From the human T2T-CHM13v2.0 reference genome, Homo sapiens: a stretch of 64,000 bases of DNA. Location of the stretch: NCBI RefSeq assembly GCF_009914755.1, contig NC_060943.1; one strand, 5' to 3'. The position numbers were made by a program, and so were the translations under genes. The number at the start of each line of letters is the position of its first letter. Within the stretch, counting starts at the first letter, position 1. The notes beneath the pieces were generated by a model that was not told the DNA's origin, did not search any database, and saw nothing but the letters and a program-made list of their open reading frames with translations. Shown piece by piece: positions 42,685-56,100 of the stretch.

Positions 42685-43319
42685 ACAAATACCTTTTCAA
42701 ACACACACACACACACACACACAAATATGCACCAATGCGTGCTTCCCCCTCCTTGCCACAGGGATAAAAAGGCAAACATGCCGACATTTGCTGACACACA
42801 CAAAGACATACATGGCCGCACACACGGATACACCCGCTCTCAGACACGCAGCGACCTACGCCCATTTTCCTGGCCATACAAGCAGCCGAACGTTCCTGTA
42901 CTTCTGTATCTGCATAGCTCCCCCAACACTCCTTCCATGGGAGGGGGATGGCTGGGGCTTCCCTGATGCCCCCTTCCCCCAGCTTTCTCTCTGGGTCACT
43001 CTGGCCACCCCTCTGTCCCTGCGAAGCTATAGCTCTCTGTCCCTGCTCCGGCCTGGTGCCCTGTTTTCATGGCACTTGGCATTTTCTCTCCGGCTCTGGC
43101 CCTGCCTGATTCATGCCCACTGCTGGGGTGGGAGGTGTGCCCAGGTGTGGGCCGGGATGGGGTAGCTCATGAGATGAGCTGGGGCTCCGTGAGATGTTTT
43201 GATGCTGGGCCGAGCTCAGAGCCGAGGGCTCTGCCGGGAACAGGGTGCTCCAGTCTCTCTAGGGCCTGGAATGTCTTGTGTAGCCTCAAGAGCTCCCAGA
43301 CGGAGGCTGCGGGAGCGGA

Positions 43320-43515
43320 GTCAAGGGCTAGGCTTTGCCGTCAGACAGAAATGGGTTCGAGCTCCAGCTCTACATGTTCTAATCTTGCGACCTGAAGCAC
43401 AGGATTTTCCTGGCCTGTAAAATGGGCAAAAACCAGTGTCTATCTCTTGGGCTGTACTTAGGTTCAATGTGGTGCCTGGCACATAGTGTGTGCTCCATAA
43501 ATGGTAATTGTTGCC
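43320..43515. mobile_element. MIR fragment
   Basis: ggctttgccgtcagacagaaatgggttcgagctccagctct...ctgtaaaatggg...gtgcctggcacatagt. Confidence 0.7.
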
Positions 43516-44949
43516 AATTGTTGGTTGTCAACCTCCCAGACCCTCCCAGCTGAGAGAGGGATGCCTCTGAGGGGTAGAAGACAGGATCGAGCACCTCCCA
43601 ACCATAGATATCCAAGTGGACTGCCTGGAGGAGGAGGAGGCAAGAGGAGAGTTTGGAAGGATGAGAGTTTGCACATGGCCCAGCTCTTTTACCTTTGGAT
43701 GGGGGCCTGTAGGCCAAGCAGAGGGTGGCACAACTTCAAGATAGGGGAGAGATGGTGGGGGAGAGTAGGGGGCAGGAGGGGAGAGACGAGGCCTCCACTG
43801 TTCCATGAGGACCAGATACCCTGGTTGGGGGCCCTGAGTCCTGGTATAAGAGTATGTGTGCACGCATTCATCCAAATGTATGTGGGACAAAGAGACCCGG
43901 TGCATCTAGATGATGACTTCAGGGACGTCCCCAAGCTCCAGAACTTTCTGTGTCTGCACCTGGGCGTTGTCACCTGGACCCGCCATGGAGACAGGACATA
44001 TGTGCAGGACCCTATGGTGGGCACTTGGCTGGATCAGGGCACATTGCGGGTGGGAGCAATGCTGGGTGTTTGGCCGTGGCGCCGTGGCTGTGGGCAAAAT
44101 GCCCCCGTGGTTGGTGTGTTGACTGCCGTCCTCCCCATCTAACCCACAGGGAGCCTGGCCTTTTAAATCTGCTGAGATATTGTCTCCCCCACCCCCATGA
44201 AGCTGGAATCTGGGGACTTGCTGGACCAGAGAGGTAGGGGAGGCTGGGCACTTTCTCCAACACGGTGCTGAGAATGGGCCTTCTGTCCCCTCCCTCCCAG
44301 CTGGGGTGGGGAAAAGGAGGGGGGTGTCTTAATTTTCTTGCCCCCAAAGCCCTGGATGTGGGGGCAAGTGGGCCAGGAGGACAGCTGTGAGCCACTATCT
44401 GGGTTCTCCCAGATCGGTGTGCATGTTAATCGGCATGTCAGGCCTCAGAGCCACCATTTTCCCGAGGATGTCTGTGTGGCAGCGTGTGTCTGCCCGGGTC
44501 CCTCTCCATGCCTCTCCATGTCTCCCAGCGTCCATCACTGGGTGCTACCTGCATGTGACTCCACGGATCATCGCACGCCCTGTCTCTTGTGTATTTGGTA
44601 GTGGGGGTCGGGGAGCGTGCCACCATGCGTGTCAGTGTGCCGGATGTAGTCTCTGTGTCATGGTGGCGCTGCGCACGTCAACGGGTATTGGTGTACCGGT
44701 CACCATCTTTGTATCTGCGCTTTGTATCTGGGGTGACAGTGTCCCAGCGACATGCGTCACATCTACAGCAGTGTTTTTCTGGGTGTCTGTGCGTCACGGC
44801 AAAGAGTGTATCCGTGTGTCTCACACACGTGTTGGCCTGTCCGTGTCAACTTGTGTCCACATACGTGTCAACGCACGTGTCTCCAGTGTCATCACCCTCA
44901 TATCACTGTGCCTCCTGAGCTTGTCCCCGTGACAATCACTGTGGGTCTC

Positions 44950-46000
44950 ACCCCACGGGCGCCTCTCCTGGGCATTCCCTTGGCCTCCGAGCACCATGTG
45001 AGATGCCTGCTATGGCGGCCGGGCAAGCGGCTGGGAGCGGGCTGGCTGCTCAGTCCCTTCCCATGAGGTTGAGCGGCCGCAGTGGCCTTGCTGGGGGCCC
45101 CGCCCGTGCCCCTGGCCTGGCGTGGACAGAAGCCCGTTGTGCGGCAGCGAGGTGCGGGCGTGTGTTCGGGCCGCCCACAGGCCTCCCTCTGTCTGCCCGG
45201 CGCACATTGATCTTGGCTTCTGCCTGTGTCCGTTCTAGCCTGGCCAGCTGGGTGTCCGGCTGTCTCCGTGGGCCTGAGCCCACTATCCCCGCTGCCCCCA
45301 CAGCCAGGCAGGCCCTGGGCCCCACACCCCTGGGCCACCCGCCATCCCTCCGAGGCTCTGAGGGCGCGGATTTGGAAACTGAGGTCCCCCCTTCTTTCCC
45401 CCTTTCTCTCTCTCTCTTTCCTCCCTCTCTCCTCCCCTCCTCCCCTCCTCCCGCTCCCTCTCTCCCTCTCTCTCTCCTCCTGCCAAACGCGTCTTGGCTC
45501 CGTCTGAATATCTCTCCTCCTCGATTTTTGGCTCCAGCTCTGGGCGCGTTCACTAAAGGAAGAAGGGCTAGCTCCCCAACCCCCCCTTCCTCACCACCTC
45601 CCCCCTCCCGAGGAGCCCCTCTGAGGGCGGGAGTGGCCTCGTGCAGGGGCCTGGGCCCCCTGAGTGGGCTTGGCCAGGGGGGCACAGGCCTGGCGGGTGA
45701 GGGAACAGGGTGGACAGGGCCTGGCAGCCAGAGGGAGGCAATGGGCAGGGTGACTGAGCTGCCCGGCGGGGCGGGCGGGCAGGGAGGGGTCGGGGGCACG
45801 GAGCTGGGGTGTCTGGCTTCTGGTGGGGCTGGCAGGCCTCTGTGAGGCGCAGCTGTGCCCAGAACTCCAAGTTGCGTTTGCCACCACTACCGATGTGGCT
45901 GCGCCAGCCAGGGAGGGGAGGCGGGTAGCGGGCACTGCGGCGCTCTGCAGCCAATCGGAAGCCGGGGTTGCACTGGGGAGCTCTCCCCCCACTGGGCCCC
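44950..46000. promoter_or_regulatory. Intronic CpG-rich element with a polypyrimidine stretch (45390-45480) and an NF-Y-type CCAAT box (AGCCAATCG, ~45950)
   Basis: Raised CpG density in non-repeat sequence; motifs read directly. Confidence 0.5.
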
Positions 46001-46809
46001 ACCCTGAGGGGAGCCGGGGGTGGTGGCCAGCAGCGGGCAGGGGGCAGTGCCCACCACCATCGCCAAGGACCCTGCCCCCTCAGCTGAAGCTCAGTGCCAG
46101 CCTTCCTGGCACAGATCGGGCAAGAGCGGGGATCTGTCTGTCCCCACCTGAATCTGTGTGAGCCAAGCTGGAGGAAAGGACAGCATGGAGGTGCACCCGA
46201 CCCCCCTGGGCCTTTTAGTCCAAGGCAGGCAGGAGCTAGGGATGGGTTCCAAATTATCCAGGTGGTTCCGTCCAAATATCGGCTTCGGTCGAATCATCTT
46301 GGGGAGTTGGGGGGGGGTTTATTCCGGGTCCATCTCACACAAAGTCACACACTCTCACTGGCACATGCGGGCACAAAGAATCACGCTGACACACACTGGC
46401 ATGCTGCACCTCCCTCAATCAAACAGACACAGGCGTCCCCATACAAAGAATCTTGCCCTCACTCACAGACACCTTGAGGCACCCGGCCACACCCGAACAC
46501 ATCGATGCGGCATTACACACTCAGGGACGTGCATGTGGGTGCAGACACACGGGACACGCGCAGTCACACGATCACATGCCATGAAGCACACAGCACAGAC
46601 ACAGGCTCTGCCACCGTCAAATGCAGCCCCACAGGCACAGCTAGAAACACACAGCACACACACTCAGTCATAATGTCAGTGCCCAAAACACACACATGAG
46701 CACCGATACACCCGCACATGCCACCAAGCACACAGGTACATGCACATGCATGCAATAACACGCTCTCAGACACACAAAACACCCCACACACTCCCTAACC
46801 CAGTGTCAC

Positions 46810-47436
46810 CCACCAGGAGTGATTTCGCCCATTGGGAAATGTCTGGAAACATTTTTTTTTTTTAGAGACAGACTGTCATCTGTAGCCCAGGCTGGAGCAC
46901 AGTGGTGCGATCTCGGCTCACTGCAGCCCTGACCTCCCAAGCTCAAACGATCTACCCATCTCAGCCTCCTGAGTAGCAGGGAATACAGGTGCATGCCACC
47001 ACACCTGGCTAATTTTTAAATTTTTTTGTAGAGACAGAGTCTGGTTATGTTGCCCAGGCTGGTCTTGAATTCCTGGGCTCAAGCAGTTCTCCCGCTTCAC
47101 CCTCCCAAGTAGCTGGGACTACAGCCGAGCACCACCATACCCAGCTAATTTTTAAATTTTTAGTAAAGATGAAGTCTGGCTTTGTTGCCCAGGCTGGTTT
47201 TGAATTCCTGGGCTCAGGTGATCCTCCCGCCTCGGCCTCCCAAGGTGCTGGGAGCCATGAGCCACCATGCCCAACCTGGAATCATTTTTGGTTGTCACAC
47301 TTGTGGAGGGGGTGCTATTTAGTGAGTGGAGACCCAGGATGCTGCTCAGTCCCCTACAATGGAACCCCTCAACCCTCGCCGACCACAAAGAATGATCCAG
47401 CCCCAAATGTCAGTAGTGCCAAGGTTGGAAACCCTG
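46810..47436. mobile_element. MER20 (hAT-Charlie DNA transposon) split by antisense Alu sequence (46852-47275)
   Basis: ggagtgatttcgccc...aatgtctggaaacattt, then catttttggttgtcaca...ccaggatgctgct...acaaagaatgatccagccccaaatgtcagtagtgccaaggttggaaaccctg, is MER20 consensus. ctggaa(a/t)catttt is duplicated across the Alu. Confidence 0.85.
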
Positions 47437-47889
47437 CCATGCATCCCCAGATACACAGTAACACACACAGGCACAGCTAACCCTTGACACTCATTACACA
47501 TGCACCCACATACACAGTCACACCCAAACAAGACGCCAGCTGACAGTGTCACACACACACACTCTCCCTCACTAGGACCCAGGCATTGTCGCATATATAC
47601 CCCATTTCCCCTGCCAAACCCAGGCACAGTCGGCGTGCCATGTACACAGTCCAGTGTTACCCCAGCACACAGGGACGAGAGCCACACCCCCACACATATT
47701 CGCACCTGGGCCACACCTGGCAGTGGTTGGAAATGGTGCCTGAGAGCTGAGACCTGCCCTGGTGGCACCTCCCCTCTGCTTGTCAGCCACAACCAGCTGT
47801 CTTTGCGCAGCAGCTACAGCCACCCCAGCTTCTCAGGATAGAATTGGGAGCCCCAAATCCCTGCCCTGGTTTGTAGAAGCCTGGGGTGA

Positions 47890-48399
<510 letters not shown>

Positions 48400-48479
48400 T
48401 GACCCCAGAGAAAGAAGAGACAGCGGTCAGCAGAATGGTAGAAGAAGATAGGATAATAGCAAAATAAATGTTTGTCCTA

Positions 48480-49460
48480 AAAATCGTAGCAACAGCTAAT
48501 GTGAACTGTGTGCTTGCTGCGTTGCACCCTTGCTAAGTGCCTTCCCAGCTTGTCTTCTTGAATCTTGTGTTCAGCAGGTACTGTTATTAGGAGAGTGGGG
48601 CCTGCAGAGCCAGCTTCCTGGGTTTGACTCCTGGTTCTGCCACTCACTAGCTGTGTAACTTCAGGCAAGTTGCTTAACCTCTCTGGGTCTCAATTTCTGT
48701 ATCTAGGAAGCAGGGCTGTGGTAAGGATCTGAGGAGTTGGTTCACAGCACACGCTTTAAAACTGTGCTTGATGTGAAAACCTGCTTTGATTTTATGGATG
48801 AAAAACCAAGACTCAGTAGAGGTATCCAGTGCTAGGGTCAAGGGCGGGGAGCTCTTTCTTCAAGATCGTCACCACCCTAAATCCTGCCGATGGGACAAAA
48901 TTGCAGCTTGTTCCCTGGCCTTTCCCAAATTTCAAAATGGGTCTGCACACCCCCACGCCCCCATTTGAAACGTGCCCTAGTGGTTGGCCCTTGAACCTTT
49001 CTTACCACTCTGACCTTTGGATCTTCTTCCATCCAAGGCTCAGAATAAAGGTGGATGGTGGTCTCACCCCCTCTGCACCCCTGCTGGCCAGGCTTGCCCT
49101 CACCCCCGCAGGTCCAAACATCCTCTCCCACACCTTGCTGGGCACCCAGCCGGAGCTCAAATGCTGGGGGTGCAGCCGGGAGCCTGTGCATTCCTTCGAC
49201 AAATATTTACCAAGCACCTCCTGGGTGCCAGGCTCTGTTTTAGGCCCCGGGGGCTCGGCAGGGAGCAAAATCTGCAAAGATGCCAGCCCCGGTGGGAGGG
49301 CAGACTGTGAATCTGATAAACAAGGGAGTGTCCAGTCCTTGAGATGGCGCTAGGTGCTGTGGGAAGAACAGAGCTGGCCGGGCCCTCGGGAGTGCTGGGC
49401 AGCTGTGGTTTTAGCAGAGGTGGGCACGGAGACCTCATGGTGAGATGATGATTTTGAACG
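48480..49460. mobile_element. MIR fragments (~48480-48780) and an L2 3'-end fragment (~49185-49460)
   Basis: ctgggtttgactcctggttctgccactcactagctgtgtaacttcaggcaagttgcttaacctctctg is MIR. cattccttcgacaaatatttaccaagcacctcctgggtgccaggctctgttttagg is the L2 tail. Confidence 0.8.
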
Positions 49461-50678
49461 CTGCCTTGCTATAGCTCAAGTGCAGCCCACCAGGCCCCTT
49501 TCTCTCTCCAGGGGGCAGACTGGAGGTCAAGGGTGTGTGGCTCAGCATGGCATGCCCATCATTTGCCCAGACCATGTTGCCTGTCATTTCTTCAATCTGA
49601 GCTCATCTATTATCCATATTTGTGGATATGCCATACGGTGCCCGCCCAAAATCTGGGGACAAGATGGCCGAGGCCTTTCCTTTACAGAAACTGGGGCTTG
49701 ATGGGCACTGGGTATTCGCAACCCTGCTGCTCTGAGCTGGGGGATGGGGCAGGGGCAGCTGGTGGCCCAGAGTGGCACTTCCACCTGGGCCCCTCAATTT
49801 AGCTCCCCCGGGGCGGGCTGGGTTTATTTTTACCCCAGCCTGTCACCCTGGCAGTACCAGGCTGCGCCATCTTTGCAGGGTCTTGGGGATCTGCCCACAG
49901 CTTGGGGGTATCAGGCTTTGTCTGTTGGGTTCCCCAACTCCCACCAGGGCCCCAGATTCTCTCCACCCCCAAAGCTCCAGGCTTGAGAGCTCTGGGCTGG
50001 GGCCCGGCGGGGTCGGCACTGCAGGCTGGCAACCACCGTGCCCAGCCTGGTGGCATTTGGTTTGGCGCCCTGCCTGCCTGCCACCCCCACCCCATGCCCG
50101 GGCAGAGCCGAGCGGCTGCTGCTGCCAGTCTCCATTTCGAAGCTTGAGGTGGGGGTGGGGAAGTGCTGGGCGCCTCCAGGCCCCTGCTTGTCCCGTGCCA
50201 CCTGGGGATCATCCCCCATGCCTGTTCCCTGGAAGGGCCGGGCTGCCTCTTCCGCTGCCCCTTTGCAGCCTGGAGCTCAGCAAGGATGCCCGCCTGGCTT
50301 CCATCTTCCCGGTTCGCTCCCTCCCTTCCTCCCCCTCTCGCCTGCTTGCCTGTAATGGCTCACCATTTTTGGCATCTCTTCCCCCTCCCCCCCCATAGGC
50401 GCCAACCTCACTTCCAAACCCGCCGCCATCGTTGGCTCTCTGGCCTTCTCTGCCGCCTGGGGCTGGGACCTGGAAATGGGAATTTGGGGGTGGGGGCCGG
50501 GCCTGTGGACATCAGGGGCTTTCTGCGTGCTCGTGTGTATCTCTGGGGTTGGGGGGCACATGTTCTAAGCCAGCTCGCTCCATCCACCCCTTCATTTGCC
50601 TCAAGCTTGCAGAGCAGGACTGCAGCAAAAGTGACGACCCTCCCATTTCTGATTGCCCTGCACCTGGTATTGGCATCT

Positions 50679-50696
50679 GGGCCACCAGGGGGCTAG
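50679..50696 (+). promoter_or_regulatory. Candidate CTCF motif
   Basis: GGGCCACCAGGGGGCTAG matches the core GGCCACCAGGGGGC. Confidence 0.55.
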
Positions 50697-53199
50697 GGTG
50701 GGCATCTCTGCCCAAGCCCAGGCCCTGGCATGGCAAGGGCAAGGCTTCATCTGTGGTGTGCCCCAACCTCTCCCTTTCCCTAAGTTCCCCCCAAGGTTCC
50801 AAGATTCCTGCTTCCACTCCCCAGAGCTGGAGTGGGGGAACCAAGCCTCGCCTTCGGTACTTGTGTCCCCAGATGGGGCAAGGGACTTCGGAGGAACCGG
50901 TTTAATGCCCTCCCCCCCACCCCACACCCGCTGCCCGCGCCTCTCTCGGCACTAAACAAAGTTTGCTAAGTAACTTCAAATGTTATTTGAGGACGGCCTG
51001 GCCTCAACCCAAGGCGGCCCTGTGGAAACTTGTTTTTCGCTGCCGAGGCTGCAAGTATCAAAGACACACTTTCGGTGGGGGGGTGCTCCAATACCACTCC
51101 CCCCTCTGTGGCAGGGGCTGGCCCTGAATGGACACACAGACACACAGAGCAGACACACATAGGCCTGTGCCTACAGAGACACAGACATCATCCTGTGGCC
51201 TAAACACCAGGTACAGCTGCAGGACAGCCTTGGAGCATGGTACACATAATACATACAACAAACACACATGTTGACAAGTTAAGGAGGTAGGAGGGGGTGA
51301 CAGGGCACTACCCCTCAGCCCATGGAGTCCTGGGATTCTTCCAGCTGGTGGGGTTTCGCCATGTTGGGAAAAACGTACGGCTCCGATCCTTGGGGTCCTG
51401 TATTCTCATGACTCCAGGGCTTGAGGGGGTGCTGGGATGAGGCCCCCAGCCTCAGTTTCCCCATCCACAGAGGGACACTATGGACTTTTCAGCCCAGCCT
51501 GGGTTTTTTCATCCCCCTGGCAGGGCTGCATCCCTAAAGGTGAGTCCCTAAAAGTGGGCTCTGAGCACAGGGCCTGGTATACAAGCAATGCTCCAGTGTC
51601 GGCAGGCATTTCTGCCAGTCCTGACCCCATAAACCTGGTGTGTTTTCATCCTGATTGGTGGCCCTGACCCCAAGCAGCTTGGGGTTCTCCGGGTCCCGGG
51701 AGGAGCCCATGCTGACGTTACTCGCTTGCTCCAATCTTCCCGTCTCTGTGATTTTCTCACTTTGTTCCTCTCTTTCTCTCCTAGCTTTTCTTGATCTTTC
51801 CCCACATCCCTCTTCTTCTTTCTCCAGGTCTCCGCTGGCCCTGCCCAGGCCTGGAGCTCAGGGAAAACGTGGGAAACAGGCATAGGGTACGCATCCCTCA
51901 CTGAAGCCAGCCAGGCCTGCAGTCCTCCATGCTCTGAGCCCCCTGATGACCCTCCTTTGGCCCCCCTCCAAACCCCAGCAAGAAGCTGGAGGCTGGGTAC
52001 TTGAGCTGACACAGTAGGTGAAGGAGAGGCTCTGTCACAGGGTCCTCTGAGACCCATCACCTCCAAGGTTTGCAAACAGGTGGAGCCCCACTGAATCCGA
52101 TGGAAAAGCCAAGGCCCAAGAGGAAACCGGAGTGAGTTCCTCCTGCAGTTCCAGAGAGCCTCCCCATCCTCGCTGTAGCCAGGTCCTCACCGAGGTAGAT
52201 TTGCGGGGGTCTCCCAGTCCCAGTCCCACACACTGCCTCATCCCCACTCACAGTCAACGCCCGCAACACCCCGCCACCCGCAGTCTGTCGCGCAGTGACA
52301 GCCTGTCACAAGCACCGCCGCACACCGGCACAATCTGTCGTCCACGCACAGTCTCACACACAACCTGTCACACACGCACACACACACACAGCGGCACAGT
52401 CGCACACACAGCCAGCCTCACGCGATCACACCAAGCGTCACAGCTTGTCACAGCCATAGATTCCTCACAATAAAAATAACAGCTACCGACTCCAGAGCAA
52501 TTATGCCTGGGCAGCGGGTGGGTGGGGGGAAGGCGGGCATATGTGACCTCCTGTGACCCTCCCAACACGAGGCAGGTATGAGTAACCTGTTTTACAGATG
52601 AGGAAACAGAGGCCGCAAGGTCAAGTGCCAAGGTCATGGGGCTAGAAGCAGGGTGGTGGGGATTACCCAGCCAGATTCCCAGGAGTGAGCAAGACTTAAA
52701 CAGGTTCACTCCAGCTTTTCATCCCCCTTCTGGCCACCTGAGGCTCCTCCTTCTGGCCTTCCCATGGGAATTCCCTTCCTATTCCCCAGTTCTAAGAAGC
52801 CCAGAGCAAGAAACAGGAGGAAGAGGCTTCCTGATTCCCCGCTTAAGGGTGTTCAAACTGTCTGCCCCTGGCTGGGAAAACAGGGCCACGCCCTCCCCAC
52901 CAAATGCTACTTGGCTCCAAGTGGGGTACTGATGGGCACTGAAAAACCGATGGGCAGTGAGGGCTATCAGAGGGGCAACTACAAGTACAGTAGCACTAGG
53001 CTTGAGTGTCTGATGTGTGAGTGGCCATGTGGACGGCTGGAGTTGGTCCGCAGTGGTGGCAGCTTGTGGTCCTTTGGGGGATTTGGTGGTAGAACGGGGC
53101 CGGGGGTCTTCAAAGGCAGAGAAGTCTCAGGACTTCAAACCAACAGCCTAACCCTGTCCACACAGGTGGAGTGGCCCACCTTGGGCCCGGGGGGGCCTC

Positions 53200-56100
53200 C
53201 AGGAGCCCCCTGGCCCAGGCAGGCCCCGCCTCCACCGCCCCAGGGGCCCTCCGAGGTCCAGGGCGCTTCCTCCTCTGCAACCCGCTTTTCCCTTGCTTTC
53301 CCCTTCTTTGTTCCTCCCCCGCCTGCTCCTGGGGCTTCCCCCATTGGAGTTGCCTCGGCCAAAACCAACAGGGCTCCAACGACATCCCGCCTTGGCCTGC
53401 CGGGCGGGCGGCCGGCCCTGCCCCATGGCCCGCTCAGGGGCCAGATCCGGGCTCAGCTGGGTCCGGACGGCGGCCCTCGCGCACGTGGTTACTCCCAAGG
53501 CGTGCGCAAGCACTCGCACACCCCCTGGCCCTGCGGCCCCGAAGGGGACCTAGGCGCGCTCATGCACGTCCCTGTCTGACACCCCAGCCCGGCAACTCGG
53601 ACGTGCGCACGCACATAAGCACGCTCTCGTATAGTTGCTCCCACCTGGGTCCGCAGCATGCCCTTGCCCGGCGCCCCCAGTCGGGATCTCAGGCACCGAA
53701 AGCTTATATGCGCACCTAGGCCTGACATCCCAACGACACTGGCTGGCGCACTTACACCTATAACATGCCCCTATCGGGCACCACATGGGGGTCCCTAACA
53801 CAAGCATTCACTCCCCTGCTTTCCCTCCGATGGAGCTTTCGAGCACAGGTACTCGAGCCCTGCGCCCCAACGGGGAGCTCCAGGTGGGTCCGTGAGCCCG
53901 CTCTGGTGCCCACACACATGGCTCCAGGCCCACGCGGGTACACACCTCCCCAGCCTGCACACGCGTGTTTCACATGAGTCACACACCTGCCAGGCCGCTC
54001 AGGGCATCTGGCTTCAAAGCGGCATTCAGGTTGTTGCGGGAGCCGGCAGGGAAGGGAGGCCTAATTCCACCTCCCCCATCCCTCTCGGAACACCCGCCTC
54101 CCCATATGTCCCTGGGGCACAGGTGGGACATCCCAGAACTGCCGCTGCCCAGTGGCGCCCCTGCATGTGCTATATTTATATTTGAAATTTGTACCTTTAT
54201 ATATACTTTTTATATGTAAGAACCGCTCCCCCCTCTTCCCGCTCCACGTTTGTACTTGGATTTTACCACCCCCACTAGGCTTCGACCCAAACCTGCAAAA
54301 ACCATTTCGCCAGGCAGGGATGTAGGGGGAGGCGGGAGCAGCCCTCCCCCTCTCCACTGCGGACGGACATCCCACGTTCTTAAAGACCGGGGACCCCCCC
54401 TCCCCCAAGGGCCGGACTGCAGCTCCGAATCCCGCAGCCCCAGAAACACAATCGCGGGGGTGGGTGCTGGCGGCGAGACGTTGCTTTTTGGTGTGTGTTT
54501 GCTGTTACCGCTTAAATTAACCCTGAGTGACGGCTTGCAATTCGCCACAAAGAGGCCATTTAATGCCCCCCACCACCCCACCTCGGGAGAAATTTCCACT
54601 TGCCCCCGAGTCCAGCTCGGGCCGCACGCTACCCGCCCTCCAGGCCTTCGCTCCAGGTGCGCCCGGGCGGTGGAGGCGAGTTCCCTGCGCGCATCATGGA
54701 CTTCAGGAGTGAGGGTGGGTGGGTTTTGGAGGGGTGGGAGCAGAGGCAGGGGGGTGTGCCGGGACTCCCCAGACGCTCCACTGCCCAATCATAGCTCTTT
54801 GATATCCCAGCCCGGCTGGAGAAAGTTAGATGGTACTCCAGCGTCTCCTCCGGGTCCCCGGAAGAGAGAAGCTGGGCTGCACCCCATGTTGGCACGAACA
54901 CTCCCTCCCCAGTGCCTCTGTGCATTAGGTCGCGTGCCTGTACGTACCCTACCTGAGACCGCCCCTCCGCCAAGTGCGCCCCTCGACAGGTGCCCGTCGC
55001 CCACGGGCTCCTTTCATTGTAGCCTCCCTGGAGGTTCTCAAGGCGCCTGGCATTTCCTGGACCCGCTGCAACTGACTCAAGACTGGGGGGAGGGGGCTCA
55101 TGGAGGTAGAGGTGGTGGGGAGGTCTCCCCAGGGCCCAGGCAGGAGGAGGGAAGGTCGTGTGCTTTCCATGTCGCGGGCAAAATGGGTGCTGACGGTCAC
55201 TGTCACTTGCATCGCACACTGAGGGGTGGGAGAGGACAGCACATGCCTGGACCGTGCAGGAGGCCCAGAACCGGGGCGCGAAGGGGCCGCGGGACACGAG
55301 CGGGCCGTGCGCAAAGCCTGGCGCGCGCGTGCGCAGCGACGAAAAGGCGGGAAGCGGCGCTTCGAGGCCCCGGATGTCAGACGCGACCTGTGTGGCATGT
55401 ACCAGGCTGGCTCCGACGACGGAACCGCCATGGGTGCTGAGTGGAGAGTGGGGACCGCGGACCCCGGGGGCAGGTGAGGGGAAACTGGGAGCATAGGTCT
55501 GGCTTTCGACCGTTTGTGCCGCCAGAGTCTTCTCAATGATCCCTCCCAGGCACCGTAGGCCCTCTAGTGGGTCTGGGTGGCGTCCTCCCGGCCCCTCGCT
55601 GCTCAAGCGCGGCTCCCTCTTGCCGGGGCGCGGCCTGCCCCTCACAGTGACCCCCCCGACCCACCCCCCAAAAAGTGACCCCGCGCTGGTGGGCATGGAG
55701 GACTGTCCCAGTTCACCATTTGCTGCGTCAAAGGCCGCCGCCAAAAGGGGCTCCGATGTCGGCATTTTTGCCTTAAGGCTAGTTTGTCCCCCAGGCGCGC
55801 GGGGGTTGGGGGTTCAGGGCCGCCTGTGCCTCAGTTTCTCTCCTCCTGCGCCCATCCTGACATCCGACGGAGGATAATGCGCGTTGGAGGGCTTTGGCCG
55901 TGAATGCGATGTTGATGATTGCTGTGATTCTTTGGGTGCTTGGGAGAGTTTGGGGTTTAACTGCCCCCAAATCCGAGGACAGCTTGGGGGCGTCCCTTCG
56001 GAGAGGATCTCTCCGCGTCGCATAGTGAGCGTCGTCATCTCTAGACTACCCCGGTTTCCGAGGAGCCTCACCTTCAATCCCCGAGCCTTCTCTTTTGGGG

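Noticed and set aside
51350-51367. Isolated Alu-like 18-mer ggggtttcgccatgttgg
   Set aside because: It is too short to call an element and its flanks are not Alu; it may be chance or a tiny templated insertion.
52764-55877. ORFs of 271-396 aa overlapping on both strands in intron 1
   Set aside because: They are expected from stop-codon scarcity in GC-rich DNA, have Pro/Gly/Arg-rich composition and show no recognisable domain.
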